Sequence record: LT603033.1
DNA length: 64,000 bases
Reading direction: 5' to 3' (one strand)
A program made the position numbers and the translations under genes. Of the stretch, positions 49,788 through 59,309 are shown in pieces. Each line of letters begins with the position of its first letter. Within the stretch, counting starts at the first letter, position 1. Below the pieces are notes generated by a model. It was not told the DNA's origin and did no database searches. It saw nothing but the letters and a program-made list of their open reading frames with translations.

Positions 49788-51663
49788 ATTAACCCCTAAA
49801 CAAGCAAAAGAAAAATTCAACAATAAAGTATTAGAACATAACGTTCCAATTGAAGCTGATTATAGTAAGTATGAAAATGCCAAATTAAAAAACATCCAAG
49901 TAGTTTGCAATGATGTATTAAAACACAAATCAGGCATATCACAAGTATATCTTATGGATCACGCAAACCTCACACACCCATCTAAAAAATTTGGTTGTCC
50001 TGAATGTGAAGACTGGTATAATGGTCATGCTAAAAGTTTAGATATTTTAATTGTTAGGGAAAGAATTAATTCTTGGATTAGTACTTATGGTGGCATAATT
50101 GATACAGTTAGTGGTGAAGTTGAAGTTTATAAAAATAATTCAACAAAAATACCATATATTTGTAAAAATGGAACTAAAAAAACGCTTACTATTTCTACAC
50201 TGGGTGATGAAATCGGTTGTAATTGTTCTAAATGTAAATCTGAATTAATATCAGAAATCGAAGATAACAATGAATATACATCCATGACTACTGATGATGA
50301 TTGTGTTACAATTTCCCATTTTATATTTGGGGATGATGTTGCATTCTCGTGGATTTCACCATTGGAAATGAAAAAACATGGTTACGGTCTTGCCGAAAAA
50401 ATGAAAGAAAAAGCATTGTCGGTTGGTAAAAATATTATTGGATATGCAATATCATCTCTTAGTGAATGGAAAAATGAAAAAACTCCTGTAATAACGGAAC
50501 ACGAAGGAGTATTATATCGTATTTCCAGAGCATCATATTTGATCAATAATAATATAGTACATAGACCACATTATACAAAAAATAATTTTTTATATTATTT
50601 TTACAAATGTTCACCTAACAATCAACTTATTACACCAATCCTAATACCTGATGATGTTGGTACAAAAAAGAAAATTAAAGTATGTTATAAATCATGTGGG
50701 TGTGAATACGATATATCTGTGGACGTTATAATGAACAGAAATTTAAAAACTTGTGGAAACTGTAAAAATATAGATACTAAAACATTTATAGAAAAGTGCT
50801 TGGAGTTCAAATCAAGTGGAGAATATATCTATGATAGAGTAAACTATATAAATCAAAGTACACCTGTAACTATAGTTCATAAAATTTACGGAGAATTCAA
50901 AAGTACACCACAAAATCACTTAACACATTTAAAAAACAGTTTGAAATATGATACAGCTAACTTTAAAATAAAAAATCTAACTCAATTTAAAATTAAAGCA
51001 AATGAAGTTCATAATAACTTATATAATTATGATAAAGTTGATTATGTAAATTCTTCAACGAAAGTATTAATAACTCATCCAGTGTATGGAGACTTTTGGC
51101 AAACTCCAAATGGGCATTTGGCAGGTAAAGGACACCCGAAAGTCAAAGGTGGTGTTCCTTATACATGTGATGAATTTAAAATTAAAGCAAATGAAGTTCA
51201 TAATAACTTATATAATTATGATAAAGTTGATTATGTAAATTCTTCAACGAAAGTATTAATAACTCATCCAGTGTATGGAGACTTTTGGCAAACTCCAGCA
51301 AGTCACCTTTGTGGGTCTGGTCATCCACTTGCGGCTGGTCATTCTCAGCAATATGCATATATTCATAATATTTTGGATGGTGATTTATCTGTAGCATTGA
51401 AATATGGTATTGAAAAGCAGAAAGGTAAGAGGGTTATGCAGCAAAATAAAAAATCATTATTTAAAATTGAATCGTTACATACGTATTTTTTCACATCTGT
51501 GTTTGAGTGTAAGGAAGCTGAAAAAGAATGTAAAAAACTATTTGGTAAAGGCGTTTTAACTAAACAAGAAATGCCAGATGGTTATACTGAAACTACTACA
51601 CCAAACAACATAGATAAAATTATTGCAATCTATGAAAAATGGGGTGGGGTGAAAAAAAACTAA
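49777..51663 (+). CDS. homing-endonuclease-like protein with DUF723-type repeats and C-terminal GIY-YIG/T5orf172-like domain
   Basis: Repeats F..KA.EVH...Y.YDKVDY.NS.TKV.I.HP..G.F.QTP..HL; Cys pairs; C-terminal YAY..KYGI..R...DGYTE. Confidence 0.62.
   Translation: MPAKLTPKQAKEKFNNKVLEHNVPIEADYSKYENAKLKNIQVVCNDVLKHKSGISQVYLMDHANLTHPSKKFGCPECEDWYNGHAKSLDILIVRERINSWISTYGGIIDTVSGEVEVYKNNSTKIPYICKNGTKKTLTISTLGDEIGCNCSKCKSELISEIEDNNEYTSMTTDDDCVTISHFIFGDDVAFSWISPLEMKKHGYGLAEKMKEKALSVGKNIIGYAISSLSEWKNEKTPVITEHEGVLYRISRASYLINNNIVHRPHYTKNNFLYYFYKCSPNNQLITPILIPDDVGTKKKIKVCYKSCGCEYDISVDVIMNRNLKTCGNCKNIDTKTFIEKCLEFKSSGEYIYDRVNYINQSTPVTIVHKIYGEFKSTPQNHLTHLKNSLKYDTANFKIKNLTQFKIKANEVHNNLYNYDKVDYVNSSTKVLITHPVYGDFWQTPNGHLAGKGHPKVKGGVPYTCDEFKIKANEVHNNLYNYDKVDYVNSSTKVLITHPVYGDFWQTPASHLCGSGHPLAAGHSQQYAYIHNILDGDLSVALKYGIEKQKGKRVMQQNKKSLFKIESLHTYFFTSVFECKEAEKECKKLFGKGVLTKQEMPDGYTETTTPNNIDKIIAIYEKWGGVKKN
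50984..51297 (+). repeat. 125-bp perfect direct repeat, period 189 bp
   Basis: 50984-51108 identical to 51173-51297, in frame. Confidence 0.92.
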
Positions 51664-51665
51664 AC

Positions 51666-51702
51666 AAAAGGGTTGACTTCGGTCAGCCCTTTTTGTTATA
51701 AT
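51666..51702 (+). repeat. terminator-promoter hybrid repeat, copy 8
   Basis: AAAAGGGTTGAC-TTCG-GTCAGCCCTTTT, TTGACT-N18-TATAAT. Confidence 0.88.
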
Positions 51703-51730
51703 TATTTCATCAACTGATGAGGATAACGAA

Positions 51731-52501
51731 ATGACCAGAGAAGCACGTAGCATTCAAATCCAGAAAAACTTCAACTCCATGATGGTTGCTCTTGAGTGTT
51801 TGCTCGATGATAGCAGTACTGTAAAAAGTATGGTTGTCAGTGGTGCTCCTGGTGTTGGTAAGACTTACACCCTGTCTAAACGCCTCCAGAAAGCTCATGA
51901 CGCAGCAGAATGGAACGTAGCTACCATCAGTGGTAAAATGACTACTCTGGCTCTGTACGAAGTTCTGTACAAGAATCGTCATAGCACCAACGTATTAGTA
52001 CTGGATGATATGGACAGCATCTTTGATTCAGAAGACGGTATGAACCTGCTCAAAGCAGTACTGGACAGCGGTAAACGTACTGTGTCTTACATGACTAGCT
52101 CTAAGTACTTAACCACTAACGGTATCCCTAACAGCTTTGATTTTAACGGTCGTATCGTATTCATCACTAACAAAGATTTAGCATTAGATGCTAAAGCTAA
52201 AACGAAAATGTCTGCTCACTATGCTGCTCTTATGTCTCGTTCTGTATACGTTGACTTACAGATTCAGACCAAAAGCGATATCATGATTCACATTGAGAAC
52301 GTGATGAATCAGACTAACATTTTAGAATCTAAGGGTATTAACCGTAATGGTAGTAAAGCAATTCTGAACTGGATGTTGAAGCACGAAGATTCTCTTCGTT
52401 CACCTTCACTGCGTATGCCACTGTTGATTTCGGCAGTATATAACAACAACCCATACGATTGGGAAGAGCAGTGCGAAAACTTGTTCCTTGAGAAAATTTA
52501 A
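51731..52501 (+). CDS. AAA-family P-loop ATPase
   Basis: Walker A GAPGVGKT, Walker B VLVLDDMD, IVFITN. Confidence 0.88.
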   Translation: MTREARSIQIQKNFNSMMVALECLLDDSSTVKSMVVSGAPGVGKTYTLSKRLQKAHDAAEWNVATISGKMTTLALYEVLYKNRHSTNVLVLDDMDSIFDSEDGMNLLKAVLDSGKRTVSYMTSSKYLTTNGIPNSFDFNGRIVFITNKDLALDAKAKTKMSAHYAALMSRSVYVDLQIQTKSDIMIHIENVMNQTNILESKGINRNGSKAILNWMLKHEDSLRSPSLRMPLLISAVYNNNPYDWEEQCENLFLEKI

Positions 52502-52508
52502 TTCCATA

Positions 52509-52540
52509 TTGACAGTACTACCATAGTGTAGTACTATAAC
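52509..52540 (+). promoter_or_regulatory. promoter flanked by two AGTACT sites
   Basis: TTGACA at 52509, AGTACT at 52514 and 52530, -10-like TACTAT/TATAAC. Confidence 0.6.
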
Positions 52541-52566
52541 TTAATATTCACCACCGGAGATACGAT

Positions 52567-52905
52567 ATGCTTGAGTTTTTTAATTCAGATACAATGATTA
52601 GTATTACTTTGATTTATCTGTTTGGTTTTTTCTTTTATCATGCACTGGTTGTAGTACTGTGGTATTTTAAAAAGAAAATTGTTTTTAAACTGTATCCAGT
52701 AAGGAATTCATCACTAGTTCTTTACACACTAGTTCAAGGTTTGTTTGCAATTGTTGGTCTTATGGCACACTTAATTTATTGTGCCAATCCTCACTTGAAC
52801 TCAATCTCACAATATATTGTATTCTTTGGGTTGTTCATTTGGTTAGTTGTATACTTAATCCATCTCATTATTCATGGTAGAGATAAAATTCGCGGAGACT
52901 TCTAA
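52567..52905 (+). CDS. small membrane protein family member
   Basis: About 3 TM; WYFKK..F..YP; basic C-terminus. Confidence 0.72.
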   Translation: MLEFFNSDTMISITLIYLFGFFFYHALVVVLWYFKKKIVFKLYPVRNSSLVLYTLVQGLFAIVGLMAHLIYCANPHLNSISQYIVFFGLFIWLVVYLIHLIIHGRDKIRGDF

Positions 52906-53252
52906 TGTTTGAAGCTTATCTTGAGTTTTTAAAGAGTAGTTCTGTTGCACATTCAATTGCAGGGATTATTCTAACAGGTTATGTAACATTTTGGGTAGTT
53001 ATGTTTCTAGGATGGTATTTTAAACGACAATTCTATAAGCGTAATGGTGAAGATTTTATGAATTCTTTCATTAATCAATCGTTGTTTGCATCAACATTGA
53101 TAGCATGTATTGTAGCAACACTCACAGGAAAGGTACTGCCAGCATTCTCCGCAGTTTACGGTACATTGGGTATGATATGTGTAGTTTTTTACTTGACCAT
53201 TAAAATTTGTTGTGTTATGATTGAACTTCGAAATAAGATACCGGAGGAATGA
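52905..53252 (+). CDS. small membrane protein family member
   Basis: GWYFKR.FY; ends LRNKIPEE. Confidence 0.72.
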   Translation: MFEAYLEFLKSSSVAHSIAGIILTGYVTFWVVMFLGWYFKRQFYKRNGEDFMNSFINQSLFASTLIACIVATLTGKVLPAFSAVYGTLGMICVVFYLTIKICCVMIELRNKIPEE

Positions 53253-53587
53253 TGGAGTACTTTATTGATTTACTGCCGTGGTATATGAAAGTTAGTACTT
53301 TGTACTATATTATTAGTGCTGGATTCTACTTTCTGATGTGGTTCTTTAAACGACCAATTTCAGTATTCATCGCTGATAACATGCTGCAATTAAAATTACA
53401 CGCATGGTTTGGTATGGCGATGATTATGCCTATTATTCACTACTCAATGATTAGTAGAGGTTTCCGTTCTAATGGTGAACCAATTGTATTAGTATTCTAT
53501 TGGGGTTCAACTATTGCATATGTAAGTTTGTTGTTGTTCCCAGTCGTTCATAAATTACGTGCTAAAGTCCCTGATGCGAGGTACTAA
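53249..53587 (+). CDS. small membrane protein family member
   Basis: WFFKRP; ends LRAKVPDARY. Confidence 0.72.
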   Translation: MMEYFIDLLPWYMKVSTLYYIISAGFYFLMWFFKRPISVFIADNMLQLKLHAWFGMAMIMPIIHYSMISRGFRSNGEPIVLVFYWGSTIAYVSLLLFPVVHKLRAKVPDARY

Positions 53588-53901
53588 TGGATATCGTAAC
53601 ATTGATTTACACGTTGTATTCATTCTATTTCATTATGTGTTGGGTTGGATTTTTATTTGTACTCAAGATGTTTGATTATGTTGAAAAACAGATAAAAGAA
53701 TTTTGTATTCCTTTTATCGGATCAACCATTATTAGTGTTTCTTGTGTGTATTTTTTGGTTTTTGAACCACCAGATAACACTGCAATGATTGACTTGATGT
53801 TACTACCAACAACTGTTACTTTTTTATGTAGTCTGATGCCGCCGATTAGCCGTGGACTAACAGAATTTAGACGCAACCAAAAGCGTAAACGAGGGATGTA
53901 A
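53587..53901 (+). CDS. small membrane protein family member
   Basis: About 3 TM; basic tail. Confidence 0.7.
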   Translation: MDIVTLIYTLYSFYFIMCWVGFLFVLKMFDYVEKQIKEFCIPFIGSTIISVSCVYFLVFEPPDNTAMIDLMLLPTTVTFLCSLMPPISRGLTEFRRNQKRKRGM

Positions 53902-54269
53902 TGGAAATTGCTCTTATTATCTTAACTGCTATGCTGTTTATTAGTACTGTGGTTATAATTGGTAAATTCTTTTGTGTATCATTTTTAGAAACGGTATACG
54001 ATGAAATTGCTGATGATTATGAATTACAAGCCGGATTTTTCATTACGTATTGGCTTAGTTTATTTTGTCTAGTCATTGCTTGGATTTTACATATCTTTAA
54101 ATGGGGTATGGTAGACGGTGATCCTATTATGGCAATTATTGTTCTAGTGTTTGGTATCCTTGGTGGTGCAGTGCATAATCTAATGGTTATCTGGCAAACT
54201 GTTCAATATGTTTTGGTTCCCTATTTCGAAAAGATGCACAGTACAATTAAAAAACGTAAACGAGGTTAG
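53901..54269 (+). CDS. small membrane protein family member
   Basis: IGKFF...VYD; basic tail. Confidence 0.72.
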   Translation: MEIALIILTAMLFISTVVIIGKFFCVSFLETVYDEIADDYELQAGFFITYWLSLFCLVIAWILHIFKWGMVDGDPIMAIIVLVFGILGGAVHNLMVIWQTVQYVLVPYFEKMHSTIKKRKRG

Positions 54270-54270
54270 T

Positions 54271-54633
54271 ATGAACGGGATAGAATTATCTTTCGTTGGT
54301 CAATTACTAGTAATGGCGTATACATTTATCTTCTCACTGAATGCATTCGTGTGCATTGGGAAGTACTTCCATAAGCGACCATTATCAAATATATATGATG
54401 TAATCCAAAAGAGATATAGTCCAGCATATACTGTGTTGGGTACAGTATTCAATTTTGGTTTTATTGTATTAATAATTGGACTGTTCACATCCTCTTTGAA
54501 TACAATAACCTTCGGTCTTATGATATGTTCATTGGTATTAGCCGTAATTATATGTTGTTTAGTACTGCACCTTGTGGTACTATTGTATATAAAGATCTCT
54601 GAAATCCACCAACGTTTGGGTATGAGGAAATAA
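54271..54633 (+). CDS. small membrane protein family member
   Basis: IGKYFHKRP...IYD; start corrected to ATG after GAGG. Confidence 0.72.
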   Translation: MNGIELSFVGQLLVMAYTFIFSLNAFVCIGKYFHKRPLSNIYDVIQKRYSPAYTVLGTVFNFGFIVLIIGLFTSSLNTITFGLMICSLVLAVIICCLVLHLVVLLYIKISEIHQRLGMRK

Positions 54634-54634
54634 T

Positions 54635-55006
54635 ATGAGTTACCGTGAGATATTTTCCATTATTTCAATTATTATGTTCAGTACTGGAACACTGGTATGG
54701 TTATTATACTTCTTCTGTATTAATCCAGTGTATAATATGTTATGTAATATTAAATCAAGTGCCGGATATATCACTTTTATGGTCTTTATGGGATATTATT
54801 GTCTAAGCATTTTAGGTGTTGTTTTGGTTGTTATATTTGATGTGGGACCAAATAGTGATGGTATGGAAATACATGAATTAATAACCATGTTTGGATGTAT
54901 GATACCAACAGCACTACTGTTTGTAGCTACTGGTAGTGGATTGATAAAATTATATAATTATTTAAAATCCATTCATAATTCCATTCATAATAAGCGTATG
55001 TCATAA
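54635..55006 (+). CDS. small membrane protein family member
   Basis: YFFCINPVYN; basic tail. Confidence 0.72.
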   Translation: MSYREIFSIISIIMFSTGTLVWLLYFFCINPVYNMLCNIKSSAGYITFMVFMGYYCLSILGVVLVVIFDVGPNSDGMEIHELITMFGCMIPTALLFVATGSGLIKLYNYLKSIHNSIHNKRMS

Positions 55007-55008
55007 TA

Positions 55009-55038
55009 AAAATCCAGTACTATCAAGTACTGGATTAA
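55009..55038. terminator. probable terminator hairpin
   Basis: AATCCAGTAC-TATCAA-GTACTGGATT. Confidence 0.6.
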
Positions 55039-55047
55039 TAAGGAGTT

Positions 55048-55710
55048 ATGATGAAAACAAAATTAGGTTTGTTTTATAAAAATTATTTCGTTAAACAGCG
55101 TAAATTTATAAAAAAATATTTCTCTGGTGAGAAGTCTAGTCCTATAATTTTTAAAAGACCAAGTTATAATACTTACTTAGCTGATGCTAAACAGTCTAAG
55201 AAATTTATTACTCTTTTAAATAAAAACAAAATTAAAGCTTCTTATGTTGAAACGAGAAGAAACTCATCAATAACTCCTGGTGATTTTATTGAGTACGGAT
55301 GTTTCAATATTAAGTATAATGATAATACATACTTTATGGATATTGATTGTAATACATCCAATCTTTTTAACATTGTAGTAAATCCATTAAAACAATATAA
55401 TGTTTATGGTGATTCTATTATCAAATTAATCAAAAACAAAGATGGCTTTGATTTTGAAATAAATGTTTTAGATGATAATTTTGACGAAGTACCCGTAAAC
55501 CCTGAAATCTGTGATATTTTAAACAGTTTAAAAGGTAGTACCTACAATATATCATCTGATTTAATGTTTCAGTACTCATTAATCCATAAAGATATTGAAA
55601 AGTATATTGAATGTTCCAAAATTTTGAATTATCTTTACGATGAATTTAAAAAGAGTTCTAAAATAACCGCATACACTTTGTACAATATTCCTAAAATGGT
55701 GAATCTTTGA
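55048..55710 (+). CDS. FQ-motif family protein (long, divergent)
   Basis: SSDLMFQYSLIHKD; AAGGAG RBS. Confidence 0.68.
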   Translation: MMKTKLGLFYKNYFVKQRKFIKKYFSGEKSSPIIFKRPSYNTYLADAKQSKKFITLLNKNKIKASYVETRRNSSITPGDFIEYGCFNIKYNDNTYFMDIDCNTSNLFNIVVNPLKQYNVYGDSIIKLIKNKDGFDFEINVLDDNFDEVPVNPEICDILNSLKGSTYNISSDLMFQYSLIHKDIEKYIECSKILNYLYDEFKKSSKITAYTLYNIPKMVNL

Positions 55711-56843
55711 CAAATACAGTACTGGCAACTCCACCGTCTGTAATATATTGTCCAGTACTGTAAATTTGTATACCATCGGTTAAGTAAGTTCTGTATAAAG
55801 TTGCTGTAACATATACGTTATTCATATTCATCTCTATTGGTAGTACACATTTGGTATAGGCCGACACATCTGTTTGTGTACCTATACCCAATTGACCTGC
55901 GTTATCGCCTGTGTTATAACCAGTTGCGTAAACACCTAATGAAGTTATAATATGATTAGAAAAATATGAATAACCCACACTGCTTCTTATTATATCACCT
56001 GGTGCTTGTGTTGTTTGTCTTAACGAAATATATGTTTGTGATGTAGAACCATTTGCTAACTGACCAAAGTATTGTCCACCACCATGATATGCAAATAATT
56101 TATTAGTACTATTATTACTTGCTATAGCAAAAGCGAAGTAACTTGAGTTTGTTGTATAATCTTTCACCGTATAGGTATTAGTTATTTGAGAACATAACGT
56201 GTACTTTGAATATAACGTCATGTCGGTTGTACCTACGCCTGATATTGCACCAGTATAATACAATCTCCCATCGGTTCCAATAAATCCTTGCATAAGAAAA
56301 TTTGCCAGTATTTTGGATGGTGTTACTCCAGTAGGTACTGTTCCTTGTACAAATGATGAAAGTGAATCGGTACTTCTACCATTTCCCAGTTGTCCATAAC
56401 TACCATAACCCGTATTCCATATCGTGTTGTCTGTACATAATACGCTTAATGCACCTGCACTAACTGCAATTTGTTTTATTGTTTTTCCAAGTGCTGTTAT
56501 TCTATCAAACACTATCTTTGCAGAAGCCCACGTTGTTGACTTATCAGTTGATAAACCGAATGATGCACCATTTCCAGCATACCACATCGTATTATCTTTC
56601 TTTTTAATTAATGTTGACTCATACCCGAACCCATAGATCTTCTACGTTTGTATTGCACAAAACCCATTTGGTTTGTGTTATAATATTACCTATACCCATT
56701 TGCCCAAACTCTTGAGAGCCTCTACTGTACAACGTACCATCTGACATAAGGGCAAAAACTGTTGTATCAGATGAAGCTATTTTTGTTACAGAAGGTTGTA
56801 TGTTCTTTTTTGATGATGTGATAATTCTTCCAAAGGGTAGCAT
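55691..56843 (-). CDS. RCC1-like beta-propeller protein, frameshifted near 56624-56632
   Basis: MLPFGR start at 56843; RCC1 repeats GYGSYGQLGNG, GQLGIG in second frame; one extra base splits the gene. Confidence 0.7.
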
Positions 56844-56915
56844 TGTATCCTCCAAATGTAAATCGTTATTATATTTAGGACAAAAAAATGCCAGTACAAG
56901 GCACTGGCATAAAAT

Positions 56916-58085
56916 CTAAGCAGAAGGCATATCCTTCATTTTAATAAATGAAAATTGTGTACCAGTATTTGTGGTTTGATCAGTAAAATATGAATTACTA
57001 CCAGCCCAGTACAATTCATTATTAACTATACAATATATAACAGAACTCGAACTCTGTGAATACACACGACTTATATTTGATGGTTCCACTCCAGTACTGA
57101 ACTGAACCGAACCCAACTGTGAACTTGGTATCACATCAGTTGGTCTACCTAAACCATTAACACCAGCCCCACCACCACATGTATATACCCCAGTACTATC
57201 AGTTGATATATTAACATAACCATTCCCGGCATTTTCAAATAGTATTTCACTGGGAACAACACCAAATCCTGTAAGATCTATTTTCCTGAATGTAGTGTAA
57301 ACAGTAGAACCACCAACACCTCTTCCACCATAATCATTAGAACCAGCCATATAGATACTATATCCAGAACTTCCTAAACATAATAACTGTACGTTGTCAT
57401 ATAATATTTGCATAGATATAACGTTATCAGGAATACTCAATACCGTAAAAGTAGTTAAAGAAGAACTTCCAATATTACTACCAACCGATGTTCCACATCT
57501 GTAGTACTTACCGCCTTTTATATAATGGAACGATGAACCGCCTAACTTATGTGCTCCTATTGCACTTACCCCAGTATCTATAAGAATGGGAGATACAACT
57601 TTGTTATTAACACCTAACTCAGATCTACTGTTCATACCGAACCCATATAAACGACCATCTAACATCAATATTAGTGTACTACCGGAAGTACCCGCTGACG
57701 TAAATTCTATATTCTTTATTTGCGACACGTCAATACCTACAAATAATGAAGTTACTTCAGTCCAGTTAACATATGAACCACTAGCCCCAAAATATCCACC
57801 CATGTATAGACCTGCACAATATAACTTATTATCAACAGTCTTTATTAATGTACCGGATACACACGCCCAAAAATCATCAACTTCATAGGGTACATGTACC
57901 CAACCACCTAATACATCACTAGCATCCCCTGTACCTAATTTATAGTTCGAACCAGAACCACGCATGTACATATTCCCTGTACTATAAAGTAATCCGACAT
58001 GTAATTGACTACCATCCAATTTCTTTATTTCAGGAAGAGTTGGTTTAATATTTCCGTACTTTAACATTCTTCCAAAAGGTAACAT
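56916..58085 (-). CDS. RCC1-like beta-propeller protein
   Basis: MLPFGRMLKYGNI; YGFGMNSRSELG, GSNDYGGRG repeats. Confidence 0.8.
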   Translation of the reverse strand: MLPFGRMLKYGNIKPTLPEIKKLDGSQLHVGLLYSTGNMYMRGSGSNYKLGTGDASDVLGGWVHVPYEVDDFWACVSGTLIKTVDNKLYCAGLYMGGYFGASGSYVNWTEVTSLFVGIDVSQIKNIEFTSAGTSGSTLILMLDGRLYGFGMNSRSELGVNNKVVSPILIDTGVSAIGAHKLGGSSFHYIKGGKYYRCGTSVGSNIGSSSLTTFTVLSIPDNVISMQILYDNVQLLCLGSSGYSIYMAGSNDYGGRGVGGSTVYTTFRKIDLTGFGVVPSEILFENAGNGYVNISTDSTGVYTCGGGAGVNGLGRPTDVIPSSQLGSVQFSTGVEPSNISRVYSQSSSSVIYCIVNNELYWAGSNSYFTDQTTNTGTQFSFIKMKDMPSA

Positions 58086-58095
58086 ATTCCCTCCT

Positions 58096-59238
58096 TTATA
58101 TTATATTTAATTTTTGATATGTGGGATATATTTCTTGACTTGGTTTATCTAAAATATATTGTACGTTACCTGCACCATATAAACTACCATCAATAGTAGC
58201 TAATTTAACATTAGTATCACCAGCCACCCACGATGTCATTTTTGATGCACCTGGAACTAAAGTTGTATTTTTTACGCTGGTGGAAACGGAATTTACCCCC
58301 AAACTACTACTTAAGTTATATCCACTACTATAAACTTCACCATTAATTCTAAATTTAACGTATACTGGTAAGTTAACAGCATTACCATAGTTGTAGTTTG
58401 TATGCTTTATAAAACGAAACTCTGAACTTACATATGTTTCCGGTTGAGCTACACTGTATATATTGTATGACTGAAAGGTACTACCAGCCGCAGAATTTAA
58501 TAATCCAGTGTCCCCAGTATAGCCACTAAAATAAACTGAAGTAGCATCACTCCACATAAAACAAGATGTTGCAGTTAAATAAAAATCAATCACATTTGAC
58601 TTAACTACTCTTGGTGTCAGGTAACCAGTACCGCCCACAGTTGTGAAGCAGTTGAATCTGTTCTCACCCCACGCAACAACGTCGCCATTCGATCTTATTC
58701 CACATGCGTTCAGATGACCAAATTGCATTTTAGAAACACCAGTAAGGTTTGTATTTTGTGTCCATGTAGGGGCGTATGTTGTAGTACTTGCTAACCCAAT
58801 CATACCATATAAATTAGAACCTAAAACCCAAACTGAACCATCGGCGTTTACAATAACAGTTGCATGATCACGTGCAACATATATTTCGCTCGCATTGTCA
58901 AATTTGTCTTTGATTAAACTATCAATGTTAATAAAAACATTACCACTATCTCCATATGCATATGCTGCTCCACTAAACCAATATGAACTATCATTTTTTA
59001 AAATAGTTAATCCAGACTGACTAAACCAAAAATTAACCACATTTTCGGCTATTAATGTACGTACTGTAAGTGTTGTTCTATTTCCTAATCCAAATTGACC
59101 TGCTGATTGAGTCCCACTTGCATATAATTTACCATCACTTGTAAGTATTATACAACCATTTATTGTTAAATCTACTTTTTTTATATCAAGTGGGATTATC
59201 ATATTCCCGTACTGAATCATTCTTGCAAAAGGTAACAT
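58096..59238 (-). CDS. RCC1-like beta-propeller protein
   Basis: MLPFARMIQYGNM; GSNLYGMIG, WGENRFN repeats. Confidence 0.82.
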   Translation of the reverse strand: MLPFARMIQYGNMIIPLDIKKVDLTINGCIILTSDGKLYASGTQSAGQFGLGNRTTLTVRTLIAENVVNFWFSQSGLTILKNDSSYWFSGAAYAYGDSGNVFINIDSLIKDKFDNASEIYVARDHATVIVNADGSVWVLGSNLYGMIGLASTTTYAPTWTQNTNLTGVSKMQFGHLNACGIRSNGDVVAWGENRFNCFTTVGGTGYLTPRVVKSNVIDFYLTATSCFMWSDATSVYFSGYTGDTGLLNSAAGSTFQSYNIYSVAQPETYVSSEFRFIKHTNYNYGNAVNLPVYVKFRINGEVYSSGYNLSSSLGVNSVSTSVKNTTLVPGASKMTSWVAGDTNVKLATIDGSLYGAGNVQYILDKPSQEIYPTYQKLNII

Positions 59239-59240
59239 AA

Positions 59241-59306
59241 TTCCCTCCTTTATTCATTATACTATATTTAATACAAATAAGAAAGCCAGTACTCTGTACT
59301 GGCATA
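59241..59306 (-). repeat. intergenic terminator / late-promoter / RBS cassette
   Basis: GCCAGTAC..GTACTGGC-TTTC, TATTAAATA, AAGGAGGGAATT before ATG. Confidence 0.85.
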
Positions 59307-59309
59307 ATG

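Noticed and set aside
37860-51702. CRISPR array interpretation of the palindromic repeats
   Set aside because: Copies are separated by whole genes at irregular distances of 0.2-4.6 kb; no 30-40 bp spacers and no cas genes.
54967-54990. Short tandem TCCATTCATAA duplication
   Set aside because: A trivial 4-codon duplication (IHNS-IHN) at a protein tail.
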